A program made the translations under genes and the position numbers. From the NCBI GenBank assembly GCA_951406725.2, contig OX597819.1, positions 93,806,001-93,870,000 of the forward strand: DNA of 64,000 nt, in the 5' to 3' direction. Under the pieces are notes generated by a model. That model made no database searches. It saw nothing but the letters and a program-made list of their open reading frames with translations, and was not told the origin of the DNA. Position 1 is the stretch's first letter, and every line of letters begins with the position of its first letter. This document shows, in pieces, positions 29,332 to 43,196 of this stretch. The DNA comes from Octopus vulgaris. Taxonomy: Eukaryota.

Positions 29332-29650
29332 ATGGCTGTAATGGAGTGCTACTTTCTAGCTCATCCGAGAAATTATAATGAAGTACCTGCTAGGAGACAT
29401 AGGAAAAGAATGCTCAGGGCATGGAGCAATAGAGGCCTATTTGAATTAAATAGACAAAATCTGTGTGACCAAGCTAGAGCCATCAGAAAGAATGAATGGT
29501 TATCCTCAGTTGAACTAGAAAGCATTAAGAGATTGGTGCTTAGGGATAGTAAAACCAGCAGTGAACGGAAGGATGAGGAAGAGAAAGTTATGGGGCATGA
29601 AGAAAGTAATGGTGATACCAGTGGTATTTGGAGCATTAAGAGCAGTTTCC
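29332..29650 (+). mobile_element. N-terminal fragment of an R4/Dong-like retrotransposon ORF
   Basis: VMECYFLAHP..RRHRKRMLRAW..QNLCDQARAIRKNEWLSSVELESIK resembles the R4/Dong N-terminal domain (CY....RGYRKRM...W....EQ.L.DQ.R.I....WLS..ELE.I). Confidence 0.7.
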
Positions 29651-29890
29651 AAGAGCTTTGGAAAACATATTAAGAATATTGGAGCTGCTGTCAGGTCGAA
29701 GTGATCCAGAAGACAGCATTGTTGGATACAGCTCGCATTCTAAGGAGAGTATTGTCTCTTTGAGTCACAGGAGAAGGCACTACTTGAAACCTTTGATGAT
29801 TTGTACTTGCCTGCTTTCAAGTAAAGAACAACCGGTAATTAAGAACTATCTGAGAGTCTTTCAGAATAATGATAATTATAATAATAATAA

Positions 29891-29921
<31 letters not shown>

Positions 29922-29934
29922 AATGATGATTTCA

Positions 29935-30600
29935 TTTATTTGTCACAAGGACAAAGGATGAGGGGAACAATACAGAGACAGACATAAAGTGTGGAGGTTT
30001 ACATATAATAATGAAATGATAAAAAAAAATTAAAGCATACACGGTATACACTGGAAAAGAAGGGATATATGCATAGCATACAAAGGCAAAAAGAAATGGG
30101 GGGTAAGGATGATAGAGATGTGGCCCTCCTGATACAGGAACACCTCTAGGGATAATCAAGGAATCCCACTGTCTGAGATTTCCTTGACATCCTAGGAGCA
30201 AGTGCCCTCTCCAATTCTTTCTTTCCGACTCACAGGTCTATACTTAGAGAGGTACCATCCATTCTTGCCATTTTCGCAACTTTCACCCACCTTCCAACAA
30301 ACCCAATCAAGGACAGCACTTCCCTCTGCTCTCTCAATTTCTTTGAGAGCTCTACCAAAGAGGAATGTATCTGGACACTGAATGAAGGCATGCATAATGG
30401 TTTCGTCACTCTGTGCACACTTCAGGCAAGTCCATCTGACAGCATATCAATGCCTGTAGAATTTATCTCAAACTGGTAGCACCCCCTAGTAGCACTGCCA
30501 GTCCAAAGACATCTGGAAATTATCCTTGATAATTCCTGACTGGAAAGTCTTCCAAAACATACTAGCCAGCTCATTCTCGTCAGCACCCATCGTCACACTT
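29935..30600 (-). mobile_element. L1/Tx1-clade LINE 3' end
   Basis: SLDWQCY*GVLPV*DKFYRH..TCLKCAQSDETIMHAFIQCP is a zf-RVT type CCHC motif; followed by a 3' UTR ending in aataaa. Confidence 0.7.
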
Positions 30601-30844
30601 CCCTGCCACTAAATCCTTTCTACTAAAGGCACAAGGCCTGAAATTCTGGGAGATGGGACTAGTCAATTAGCTCGATTCCATTGTTTCACTGGAATTTATT
30701 TATTGACCCCAAGGCAGAGTCAACCTCAGAGGTATTTGAACTCAGAACATAAAGACAGCTGAAATACCACTAAACATTTTTCCCAGCATGCTAACGATTC
30801 TGCTAGCCTGCCACCCTAATTATAATGATAATAATAATGATAAT

Positions 30845-31375
30845 AAATGCCCTGATACAATACCAGGCAGATTCTTATGGCTTCTGATCTTAACTTATTG
30901 GAAGTGTTAACATGTACATGTTTTGTCTAAGTGTAAAAAATCGGTTACAGCTAATATTCTGCTCTATACCATAGATTTGCTTGTCACTTGCTTTACCTTA
31001 ACCATATGAGCATATTCCTTACATATCGCAGCTGACTATATGTGCATCTCTGATCATGAGCAGAAGTAGAGGGGGAGCATCATAGCCATGTGTTGAGAGG
31101 AATTATTTGGAAGTTGAATATTTCACCCCAAGAAACAAATTGTATTCAGGGATCTATTGAATAGGCTGGGGTACTTGACCTGAAGAAAATTCTAACTGAG
31201 CCCTACCTGCAAGGTCATACACTGTTTATCTTGATATGAGATCACCATGTTGTGCACATATGGTTGTGATGAAAGTGCCTGGTGTACCCTTATCAGACTG
31301 GTAGTCATGATGGGTATATTGGGTTTCATATATTTCTACTCCAGCATCACTTAGATGGTGTGCTGCTCTTTCACT
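30845..31375 (+). repeat. Interspersed repeat family C (unclassified); reverse copies at ~44745-44996 and ~46685-46740
   Basis: aatgccctgat.ca.taccaggcag..ggcttctgatcttaact.attggaagtgtt is shared between copies. Confidence 0.75.
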
Positions 31376-31380
31376 CAGCT

Positions 31381-31429
<49 letters not shown>

Positions 31430-31474
31430 GATTCAACACCAGGTACCTCTACAGGTATGTGTGTGAATGTGTGA

Positions 31475-31546
<72 letters not shown>

Positions 31547-31874
31547 GCATATACATACATATACCTGTATGTATAGAAGACAGACAGGTGACAGATTGTT
31601 AAATAAGTTAGCTATTCAAAAGAACATGGTTAGGCTACTAAGAACTCAAACTGTTGAATTTGAGTATCAATATATTTTAATAAGAACAAATAGTCAGACA
31701 AAATATATTTTGTTGATCTATCAATTTTAAGAAATGTGTTTGTACGTAATATGTAATTATTAAATATTAATGCACAACATAGTTAAAGTTCTGTTTTTAA
31801 GCTTGTTGCCATGGAACTCTAAACAGAAGTAAATACATTTTGTTTGATTTGCGCTTAGGAAAATAAATGAAAAA

Positions 31875-31935
31875 TCTTTCTATTGATCTGTCTATCTATC
31901 TATCTATCTATCTATCATTCTATCTGTCTGTCTGT

Positions 31936-31975
<40 letters not shown>

Positions 31976-31994
31976 ACAGTCAGACAGACAGATT

Positions 31995-32081
<87 letters not shown>

Positions 32082-32092
32082 CGATAGAAAGA
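31875..32092. repeat. Palindromic compound microsatellite (TATC)n-(TA)n-(GATA)n
   Basis: tctttctattgatct..(tatc)n..ctgtccat(at)n atggacag..(gata)n..gatcgatagaaaga; the unique flanks are also mirrored. Confidence 0.8.
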
Positions 32093-32189
32093 TATATATA
32101 TATATAATTATATTATATTATAATAAATTAGAGATAAAACTTATTATATACAATAAGAATGATTTGTAAAGAGCCAATTTTGTATTGTT

Positions 32190-33890
32190 ATTTATATGTC
32201 ATTGGCACCAAATGCATGACTTCAAACCACCAAATGCTTCCAAGGCAGATGAAAGAATCAACAACCTCATGTAACATACCCTTAACAAAAATTTTAGTGG
32301 GATTGCAAACAGCACCACATGCAGGTTGATACATTACAACTGTTTTTTTTTTGAGTTGATGATCAAACTAAAATCATCACAGAGTCAAATGCAGATACAA
32401 GAGATTACAGACTTGTTTCAGAATGACTGACAAGATCACAATCGTCAGCATATAAGAATTCCCTAATGAGGGAAGTAAAAAAACTTTCATTTTGAATTTC
32501 AGTCCGGTTAGATTAAAAACATTCCCTGTTGTTTGATATTTTATGTAAATACCCTCCTCAGAGTTTTGAAATGTGTATGATAACACAACAGCAAAGTATA
32601 TTGCAAGGAGGGAGGGTGCATCAAGGTCTCCTTGCTTTACTTCATTTTTCACGGCAAAAGATTCAGAGAGCCTACTTCGAAAATTAACTCTAGCTTTTTC
32701 ATGTCTTGATACAAAGCCCTGATCATGTTTACAAATTTTCCTGGGCAACCTAGTTTCCTTAGAATTAACCACTGAGCATTTCAATTAACAGTATCGAATG
32801 CTTTGTTCAAATCAACAAAGCAATGGTATAGGGCAAGATTCTGTTCAATGGACTTTCCCTGCAGTTATCTTATAGTAGAGATACAATCAGCTATGCCCTT
32901 GGAGGAGCAAAAACCACATTAAGACTTAGACACCATATTTGGAACTATGAAGGTATTTAAACATTCTAATAGATTGTGGGCTGGTACCTTTCCAACCACA
33001 GAGAAAAAACCGAAATCCCACGAAAATTACCACACAGATCCTTTGGCCCCGATTTATACAAAGAGACTAAAATGGCATCAATCCAGTCTTGAGACACTAT
33101 CTCAGTTCTCCAACTGTGACAAATTAATATATTTAAGAGTTCAAACATTTTGTCACCTCCATATTTCAAGACGTCTGCACAGATTCCATCAGACCCTGGA
33201 GACTTATTGTTATTCAGCTTATTCACAGCTAAATAAATGTCATTTAGAGTTGTTTCAAATGCTATCTCCTCTATAACTGGAAGGTGTTTGATTTTTTCCT
33301 ATCATTCTCATGTCAGTGGATGATGGTCTATTTGAAAGTGCAGAAAAATGTTCTACCCAGCACTTATGAATTGAAGCGGTGTCAGTCAGCAGCAAACGTC
33401 TATTTGCTGTAATCACTGGAGATATTGAAGAAGATTTGGGGCCATATACCTCCATAACATAAAAGTACAAACCCTTGGTGTCATTTCTATAAGCTGCTTC
33501 TTCTGCTCCTATTGGTCTATCATTCCACCATTCCTGTTTAATTTTCCTTAGAGCAGTCTGCATTTTCCCTTTCAGCTTTCTGTAGGCTTCATTTAAGTTG
33601 AGGTTCAAACACTGAGAAAGAAAGATATTGCCTAAGTTTTATTTTTCTAAAAGTAGATCATGAATTTCTGCTGATTTGTCTGAGAATCAGTCACTGGACT
33701 TACATGATTTAAATCCCACTGACCAACTTGCAGTCTGAAATACTTTTATTTTGAAATCTCCACATAAATTGTTTGCATCAAGATTGATACTTTCTATAGC
33801 ATTGGAGAATCTTTGTGAGCTACTTGGTAATTTGAAGTTTGCAACATTTTTGGGTACCTTACAGCCAATTTCCGACACAGAGTAGTTCAT
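32190..33890 (-). pseudogene. RTE-clade LINE reverse transcriptase fragment
   Basis: NKLNNNKSPGSDGICADVLKYGG..DWIDAILVSLYK..CGNFRGIS, FVDLNKAFDTVN, SESFAVKNEVKQGD..APSLLAIYF and LYADD; frameshifted. Confidence 0.9.
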
Positions 33891-34085
33891 TCATACATTA
33901 AAAAAATGTAAAACATGTGATTTAAAAATGTAAATAAGATTTAATATAAATAATATATAAATGTATAAAAAGTAAAAGATATGTAATTTAAAAATATAAA
34001 TAAAATAAGATCTAAATATAAATAATGTATATATATGAAAGTAAAAATATACATTTATATACATATAAGAATATATATATATAAA

Positions 34086-34129
<44 letters not shown>

Positions 34130-34454
34130 TTGTTGGGTGGCTGTTGACTGCTCATGAGTTCCTCCTCCCTGTGACACACACATATATACATATATGATAT
34201 ATATATATTTACACATATTTGTTGGATGGCACACACACACACACACACATGTAGCAGGTGAGTTAGTTTGATGCTCAAGAAGGTGAGAAAGTCTTGTATG
34301 TTTTGAGCCTACGCTCTTCAACAGAAAGGAACACAAGGAAATAAATAGAGAGAAGATAAATATATATAAATGTCTGTTTTTATGTGTGTGTATATATATA
34401 TATATATAGTATTTTGCAAGTGGAATGAGTTTTCATCACTAGCCTGTGATTAAC

Positions 34455-34497
34455 ACATGTTGAGGATGAATAATCACCCAGAAATTCGAGTCCATGT
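34455..34497 (+). ncRNA. Degenerate hammerhead motif next to a Penelope RT remnant
   Basis: acatg-TTGAGGA-tgaataatcaccca-GAAA-ttcgag-TC-catgt. Stem I acatg/catgt, near-palindromic stem III, C3 and stem II decayed. Confidence 0.5.
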
Positions 34498-34682
34498 ATA
34501 TAACGTAAGGCTAGAGATGGGAGTAATGACCTCTCCTCACAAATACTAATCGGACACAAAATATGCGTCGTTAGCCAGCTGGAAGAGATGTCTTACTGGG
34601 GCTATAAACGTCAGTAGCACTGTCATGTATAGGATGCTACACTTGGTGGCAATTATATGTTACAATATGTATATATATATAT

Positions 34683-35030
34683 AAGGAGCTGAAGAGACGG
34701 AGTGTGTGGTTGATGTCATACTTGTGTGATGGGACAGCTACTTCTAAGCATAAGAAAAGCTAGTCAAGGATTTTGGATATGCGCTCATTAGGTTAACTAC
34801 CAGCAGAAATGGTGAAATGTTAGTTTTATGGGCTTCAGGCAGAAAGGAGTTTGCATCAGTATGTGATTTACAGACAATTAGGTTGGGAGGGTGAGAGGAA
34901 AAATTGAGCTGGTAGATTAGAGTGGACACAAAATGTTGGATATGATTTTTGGGTAATTTGAGGTAGAAGAAGTTAAGGAGTTACAGCACCACTCTTGTAG
35001 ACTGGTCTGATGAAATTGTATTAGTGTCAA
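34683..35030 (-). pseudogene. Penelope-like reverse transcriptase remnant
   Basis: FLPEAHKTNI..ISAGS*PNERISKILD..VPSHKYDINHTLRLF resembles the PLE RT motif LPKIHK..RPIVS..PTE.IS..LD..PSYI.DT.H.L. Confidence 0.7.
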
Positions 35031-35890
35031 AGGTGATGAGAAGCAACGAGTTCTGACTGGAATATATTTGGGTACCTTGAATGCATCTGATAATAATCAA
35101 AGCAGTCCACTCATAATAATATCATCCAGTAAACAGATCAAGAGTCTTAAGCTGTCTCAGCTAGATAATGGTGGGATGGACTTTACCTAAGATCATGAAA
35201 GCAATCAGTGTTGCAAGCACAATCTATCTGTTATAGAAAAACACAGTTTTATGCAATGCTGAAATAAAAGAATATATACATTTCATTCAGCTAGGATCAA
35301 AACTGCAAAGTTTTAATGCAACATATTGGGTTTCATAGTTCATATTTACAAAGCTGATTTTTGAAAGTATGTATCATAGCATGTAAAGCAGAAGTGATTA
35401 TCTTTATGAACAGAGACTTCAATTTTGAATCTTTTTACAACTTTACTATTGTGCTACAAGTATTCTATGTAGTCAATTACATCCATTTCAGTTCTACCAT
35501 AATACAAGGCTGCCATGCCATAAATCTCTTACATAGTATTTACCTAGTTTTAATAGTTTTTAACAGTTTTCCAGATAATCAACAATGTGTTTGATAATAC
35601 AGACTCTTCAAAACAAGTCACGGAAAATCAAATAGGTTGCGATATTGTTGTTAAAAAAGGTAATACATGGAGGCTCTCATAGAAAATCCAGATACTTATG
35701 TGTAGTGTATGTAAAATTTATTTTTGAACTGAATTTGGAAAGTCAAATCAGTTTTTACAACCAAGAACAGCTTTATAGGAGTTTGAAATTCATTCCAGTT
35801 CTGTTTACTGCTGTAGTGCTGCCATTAATTTATAAATAGGGTTTAAAGTGAGTGGGGGGGACACATGAACAAGTTATCTTGGAGGGATAC

Positions 35891-35921
<31 letters not shown>

Positions 35922-37527
35922 AGCTGCTTCATAATTAAGTATATGTGCAAATGCATACACAGATGCATATGAATTCATATATAGAGTTACTGACACAAGT
36001 GTATTTGCTAATATATTTTTGTATAAATGTATAAAATGAACTCCTCTGATCTTTTCTTTGTATATTTTGCCTTTTCTTTCTTTCTTTCTTTGTCTCTTAA
36101 AATATGCATGTACAAGTGTATTCAAACATTTACATACTCATGTATTTAAACTCAAGCAAATACATGTAAAATCTCTTATCCTCTCACTTTACTATCATTT
36201 TTCTCATTCCCCTTAGCACATAAATATATGTAAATATATGTGTGTCAGATTTGCGCAAAAAAATTACAGTTTTTCTCCAACTTTAAAGCGATATATCTCA
36301 GCACTGAATAAATTTTATTAATTGAAATAATAACCATTAGAATTGTCACATATTTGCCAAGAAACAAGATTATTTATTCTGGTAGCATAGAATTTTGGAT
36401 CCTGAAATCACTTAATTCTTCAAAAGCATTTCAAACTGCTTTATGGTCGAAGACCTTCTTTTGCAAGAATATATAATCATCTTTTCATTTTAATGTCCAT
36501 TTTTCTATATTTGTATGGGTCAGAGCATGATTCAAGGAATATAGAGGAATCGAACATTTGATCAATATTCACAGATTATAGTGTTACAGCCTTTCAGCGA
36601 TAGTGACTACAAATGGATATATGAGAGATGATCTGAAATAGGAATAAATGCTTACTACTTCTCAATAACACAAATCAAATGAAAAACAATTGTAATTCAG
36701 GCCATAAAGTGAATGTTTATGAAACCAGATCATTAATTTAGTTATTTTATGTTAGAATTTAGTTGTGATATAGGGACTAATATTTAGTACAGTTAGAATA
36801 AATAATGGCTTGATCTGAAGTGATTTATATGAGCCGTTAATGCAGAATTGGAAAAATTAAGCTGCTTTCCAGCTCATCTTGTTAAAATGAGAGAAATTGC
36901 CAAATGTTTAGCAGGCATGAAATGAAATCCCTTTTGTGGAGTTTGGTTTTATGACACTATAAATCTCTTATTTCAAGGGAAGGCACCTAATTTTACACAG
37001 TCTGATAATTTTATGTTCCATTTCAAATAGACAAGTTGTTGAAATTTTGAATTCAAACATTATGAGAAATTAAATCTCGGTTATATGAGCCTCTGCAAAT
37101 GATGTGATGTTCAAAACAAGCAACATTCTTATGTATCAGGAAAGAATGAAAGGACTAGATGCAAACTGTTTTAGTAAACTCTCATTAATGCACAAGTAAT
37201 TGATAAATTATGACAAGATTATCCATCATCATCACCATCACTGTCACCATCATCATCATCATTGTTTTGTGTCTGCTTTACATGTTGACACAGGTTGGAT
37301 AGGTTGTTACAGTTCCTGTCAATTTCATTTTGAGGTTACTGCTCTCCATGAAGGCTATACAAACCACATCCCATTCATCTTTTTTTTTTTTTTTTTTTTT
37401 TTTTTATGCTCGGTCTCTATGGTTGGATGTTCTAGCCAGACTGTAAGGTGAACATTTCATCATGACACCTAAGAGAATTGTTATGTCCTCAACAGCACAA
37501 GACTAAGTGTCTGCTCAACTCCACACA

Positions 37528-38024
37528 GCTTGTATTCTGAGTTCAAGTTTTATCTCCCATCAATGATCTTGTAACAGTAATTTTAGGGGCCCAGCTAAAG
37601 AGGATTGAGTGGAGTGAAGCCGTCAGATGGCATTTGATCATAAGCAATTACAGTTTCAATATTAAAATTCTAAAATTTACCTCTATTATAAGAGGTAAGG
37701 GTAGATTTATTATTAAACTACATAAGATATACATCATGTGTAGTGGGAAAGAATGAAAGGATTACATAAGATTCATATCAGATGCTTATCACGATATTCC
37801 TAAGAGTTGATTCATTCTTCTTCATTGTCTTAGGTTACTTATGAAAGCATAGTGTCTTTTATTCTGTTTAAGTATCATTCCCTCTTTGTGCAGGATCCAG
37901 TGACTTTTATTAATGTAACTTAAATGTTGCTTCACTCCACTCAATCACCGTTAGCTGCATCCCAAAAATTATTGTTAAAAGGAGATCATTAATGGGAGGT
38001 GAAATTTGAACTCAGAATGCAAGC
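37528..38024. repeat. Imperfect ~95-bp inverted repeat with ~310-bp spacer
   Basis: gcttgtattctgagttcaa..gattgagtggagtgaagc (37528-37620) versus gcttcactccactcaatc..ttgaactcagaatgcaagc (37929-38024). Confidence 0.7.
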
Positions 38025-38363
38025 AGTTAAAATGGATATCATGAAACATCTCACCTCATTAACATTAGCATCATTACCATTTAACATCTGCGTTCCTTGC
38101 TGTCATGGGTTGAACACGCAAACACTTCTGTTAATCTAACATCATTTACTCTTTTACTCTTTTACTTGTTTCAAGCCATTTTGACTGTAGCCATGCTGGA
38201 GCACTGCCTTTAGTTGAAAGAATCAACCCCTAGACTTACTCTTTGTAAGCCTGGTACTTATCTTATCGGGCTCTTTTGCCGAACAGCTAAGTTACAGGGA
38301 TGTAAACATACCAACATCAGTTGTCAAGCAAAGGTGGGGGGACAAATACAGACAAATACACAA

Positions 38364-38409
<46 letters not shown>

Positions 38410-39459
38410 ACAGGCTTCTTTCAGTTTCCATCTACCAAATCCACTCACAAGACTGAGGCTATATTAGAAGACACTTGCCTAAGGTGCCATGCAGTGGAAA
38501 TGAACCCAGAACGAAGTGGTTGGGAAGCAAACTTCTTACCACACACATAGCTAGAACAAACATTGTATAGTATTTTACCTAGTGTTGTAATAACTTGCCA
38601 ATTCACTGCCTATGTTGAAACACCTCAGTAAACTACATAAGCCAACAAGGTGTTCTGTTTTGCCACTTAATCTGCAAGAAATAGCAGCTAAATTTCCCTC
38701 AGATCACACCTTCCCTTCCCTTCCCTTCAAAAAGTGGTTGGTCATATTTGATAATGTGATCCTCTATATCTTGAATGTAGTGTATTGGTAGACAAAGGCT
38801 ACTGAGAAATAAGACAAGTATTTATCCTCTCTTTGTGTACGCTAACTTTCATTTAAGTTGAGGGATATTTAACTGAGAGTGCAACTGGTAACTAACGTCA
38901 TGAGTCAGTGTTTGCTAGAGAAACAACTGCATAGGAATAGATTGCAGCAGGACCAAACAAGTGGTGTTCTGACTGTGTAAGATACCAATGAAAAATAATA
39001 TGAAAGATGTGAGAATTAGTATTGAAGACAGACCAGAATAGTATCATGACAGGTGGCAATAATCTGTATAGTTGTCCAACCAATTCATGCAAGTATAGAA
39101 AAAATTGCCATTGAAATAATGATAATTATGTAATATATACCAGAAAGAGAAATAATGAGACTGAGTAACTTTAGACAGACACAGTATACAGTGAGAACGT
39201 TCAGAGATATTGATATTATAGGTTTCATAAGAGAAACGACTGAGCTAATACAACTGGACATTGAACCAGATAGAGTGGTGTAGCAAGGGTCTTTATCATC
39301 CAGAGTTAAAATTAGATTTGGTCCCCATCCCACCTTAATTGCCTAAAGCCAGAGACAAATGCTTCTCTCATGGTTACTCCTGTCTCTGGCTAGATTTTGC
39401 AAACTAATGCTGATTCAAAATTTAACCATTTTGCAAATCATTTTTATTTATTTTGGATA

Positions 39460-39674
39460 CAAGGGATGCTGAAAATTTCCTGGCTTTAAGGGTATTGTGA
39501 AAGGCCTAGTTGAAGGTTCAACCTTCCATGCTCTTTTACAGGGCTTACAAAAACTGAAGGACAGGTGTTATTAGTGTGTGAATCTGAGAGGGAAATACGT
39601 TGGAAATAATCATAATTAACTGATCCTCCTGCATTTTCTTTTACCCAAAGCCAGGAACTTTTCAGCACCCCTCC
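39460..39674. mobile_element. Mariner-derived MITE
   Basis: Imperfect TIRs caagggatgctgaaaatttcctggcttt / aaagccaggaacttttcagcacccctc; TA at the left end. Confidence 0.65.
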
Positions 39675-41412
39675 ACCCATATTTGTCTTAGAGTAAATGT
39701 CTATCAAATATGAATTAGTTAAAAGAATTTTCTGAAGCTGGAAGACAGTTCAAGAACATGCTGTTTTGAAATAATTATTCATTTTCATGAGTCTAAGAGA
39801 GTAATTAAGTTTGCACATTCATCAGTTGAGCCAGAAATTGTAATTAGGCAACCCCAAAGATTCATGTTTGAATCTGTGTGTAAAGAGGAGTGCTAGAAAG
39901 AATAAAAAGGAAGTAGTTTGCTTTTTCTTACAAACTGCTTGATTTGAAAATGCACCAGGCCAGCAATTTAGGTGGAGAGGATAAGATTGATTACATAACA
40001 CCGCCCCCTGGACTCAACTAGTTCTTTATTTTATCAACCACAAAAGGATGAAAGGCAAAGTTGACCTCAGTGGAATTTGAACTCAGATCATAAAGACGGA
40101 CAAAATGCTTAACAACATTTTGCCAGGTATGCTAATGATTCTGCCAGCTCATGGGGAGCAACAAAGGCTGAGATGTTTTTGCAGTCTGGAATTTTTTCTT
40201 ACACTTGTTTGGCAGTGGAAAACGTCTCTGACTTTTATAAGAGTTGTAAGCCGTGGTTTTAACAAATATGGCTACAGCATAGATATTGTAGAATTCTCTA
40301 TGGTTGCTGTTTATCCTCTTATCAATACAAATCAAGGAGATTTATGATCAAAGAGGTTCCAACGACAACCATGCAGTCTTTTCTTTTTTTCTTTCCACAC
40401 ATAAGAATGATATTATCCATGGTGACCATCCCTTTATAAGAAATATTTGATTGAGATTTGGCTGCTACTGCTAGTAGGTCCAATGACCACATACATGCAT
40501 TTTCGTTGGTTTAATTCATTGGCTCTCATGCACAGAGTTGAAATGTGATAGTTACTAGTTGTTTAAATTATGGGTGAAATGTAGTAAAGCAGTAGTATCC
40601 AAAGTAATTTAGTCAGGATATGTTTGAAAGAAAAGATTTGCTGCTGTAGCTTGATGAGAATGGTAAACAATCCAGCCTCTGTAGTAACCTCAATGTCGCC
40701 TGTCATCTATTTGTTCTGTTATTGTTGTTGTTTTAATTAGAACTGACAAAGGCTACTTACTCAACCACTGTTAAAACTACGATCTTTCAAAGGGTGCTAT
40801 AATACACAGAAAACGCTTTCACAAAAACAAATTTATGTTGTCACCTTTCAGAACAAAGTATAACAAGTCTAATTAAATCTGATAAAATTTAACAGAACTG
40901 AGATTTTATCAAGAATGGCTTGACGATCAGAGATAACTTTAAAGCTCAGCGCTTGGAGCAATGACCTTTTACACTTCTTTTCCTATTGTAAGTTATTGAA
41001 AGATACTATAGAAGGTAGTACTAAACTACTGTTTTCTGTGATTATATACTCTTTTATTTGTTTCTGTCTAAATATTGGTTTCAAATTTTGGCACAAGGCC
41101 AGCAATTTCAGGGAAAGGTATAAGTCTATTATATCAACTCCAATGTTTCACCGGTACTTAATTTATTGACCCGGAAAGGATGAAGGCAAAGTTGACCTCA
41201 GCAGAATTTGAACTCAGAATGTAAAGATGGATGAAATGTCACTAAACATTTCACCCAGGGTGATAATAATTCTGCCAGCTCACTGCCTTTTTCTCCATAA
41301 CTGTTACCATGTTATGGCATTGTGTTCAATGCTTTAATTAATAATATGAATCCCAGGACTTAATTTTGTCTGGTACTTATTTAAACAATCTCTATTTGTT
41401 GAACTACTAAAT

Positions 41413-41654
41413 CAGTGTTTCTCAACCATTTTTTTTTACCAATGGATCCCTTTGATTCCTGTTTCACTTGGATGAACCATCTCAGTCATTCAATGTTTAA
41501 AAAATCTTATTAAATTTTCAGAAATAAATATTATTAGGAATTGTTAACGTATTTTGTATTGTAAGAGTTGAACCAATTTATTGCAGATAAATTTTAACAA
41601 CAAAATCTTATATGGAACCCCAATGGTCATGTGGAACCTGGGTGAGAATCACTG
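41413..41654. mobile_element. hAT (Charlie/MER5-like) MITE
   Basis: TIRs cagtgtttctcaacc / gggtgagaatcactg; imperfect 8-bp TSD tactaaat/ctctaaat. Confidence 0.75.
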
Positions 41655-42743
41655 CTCTAAATCATGGAACAAAAGGTGGCATGATGTAAACAATGCCTAC
41701 CTTTTAAATTGATGTAAACAAAAACAGATACACCTGTATATATAGAAATACAATGGGTATCTGTAAATCATACTCGCTTATATACATATGTCCAAACAAC
41801 AGACTTTTGCATAGTTTCTGCATACCAAACCCTGCTCACAAAGAACCTGAGGCTATAAGAAAAAAGACATTTCTCCAAGACCTTCCACACTGGAATTGAA
41901 CTCATAACAATATGATTAAAAAGCAAGCTGCTTAAATGCAACAACTGTGCCTGCTCTTTAATCTATAAAATGTGTCACCAGTACTTCATTAGTATTGTTT
42001 GGAAAGACAATCTCTCTTCACAACTTCCAGCCATTCATCAATCCCTCCATTTTCACTGTCCACTATTCCTGGGAGCTTTGTTGGAGTAGAGCCCTCAAGT
42101 ACCACATCCACAAGATCCTATCAGAAACAAATGTCTTTAAACTTTCCTGCTGGATTCCCAAGCCTGATCATCTGAGATTATAGATATTATCCCAAAATCT
42201 CATTCATGACGCACCCCTAGGTCTCTTGCCAGTTGGCTTGGCTTAACGAATCTGTCTTGCAGTCCTTTCCTGCAGCATTCTAACCATGTATCTGTGGTAC
42301 ATGAGCTGTAATCTTCCAATACAGAGAAGTAGCAGCTCAATCTGGAGAGAATCCCTATCTCTAAGCTACATACCCTGTCAAGTAACATTATTTCAAAACT
42401 CCTTCAGAGAAACCCCATTTTCTTCAAAGGATTGAACTTATACACTTGATTTTATTCACACCCAAATGCCTTTTATCTACTAATCTTTATTTTATGGAAG
42501 GTCCTAATACTTTTAGCTACGTTTCTGTAGACGCAGCATACATCAATTTAACTTATTTTTATACGCCCTATCTTTCGTAATAATTAAGTGGGATGGGCTA
42601 AAGCGCTTCCCTATTTCCAGTCATGACTAATAGTAATATGGAATGCCAGCAATTTCAGGGAAGTGGGTAGGTCAATTACATCAACCCCGAAAGAATGAGA
42701 GGCAAAGTCCACCTCAGTGGAATTTGATCTCAGAATGTACAGA

Positions 42744-42919
42744 TGGAGTAGGAGTGGCTGTGTGGTAAGTAGCTTGCTTACAAACAACATGGTTCCGGGT
42801 TCAGTCTCACTGTGTGGCACCTTGGGCAAGTGTCTTCTACTATAGCCTCGGGCCGACCAAAGCCTTGTGAGTTGATTTGGTAGACGGAAACTAAAAGAAG
42901 CCCATCGTATATATGTATG

Positions 42920-42966
<47 letters not shown>

Positions 42967-43196
42967 ATATGTATGTGTGTGTATATGTTTGTGTGTCCAT
43001 GTTTGTCTCCCCAACATCACTTGACAACCGATGCTGGTGTGTTTACGTCCCCGTAATTTAGCAGTTCGGCAAAAGTGACCAATAGAATAAGTACTAGGCT
43101 AACAAAGAATAAGTTCTGGGGTTGATTTGCTTGACTAAAGGCGCTGCTCCAGTATGGCCACAGTCAAATGACTGAAACAAGTAAAAGAGTAAGAGT
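42744..43196 (+). mobile_element. SINE family A nested within a family B SINE (~42645-43258, minus strand)
   Basis: Family B sequence stops at ..gtacagatgga and resumes at atggataaaattctgctaagc; atgga is duplicated at the junctions. Confidence 0.85.
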
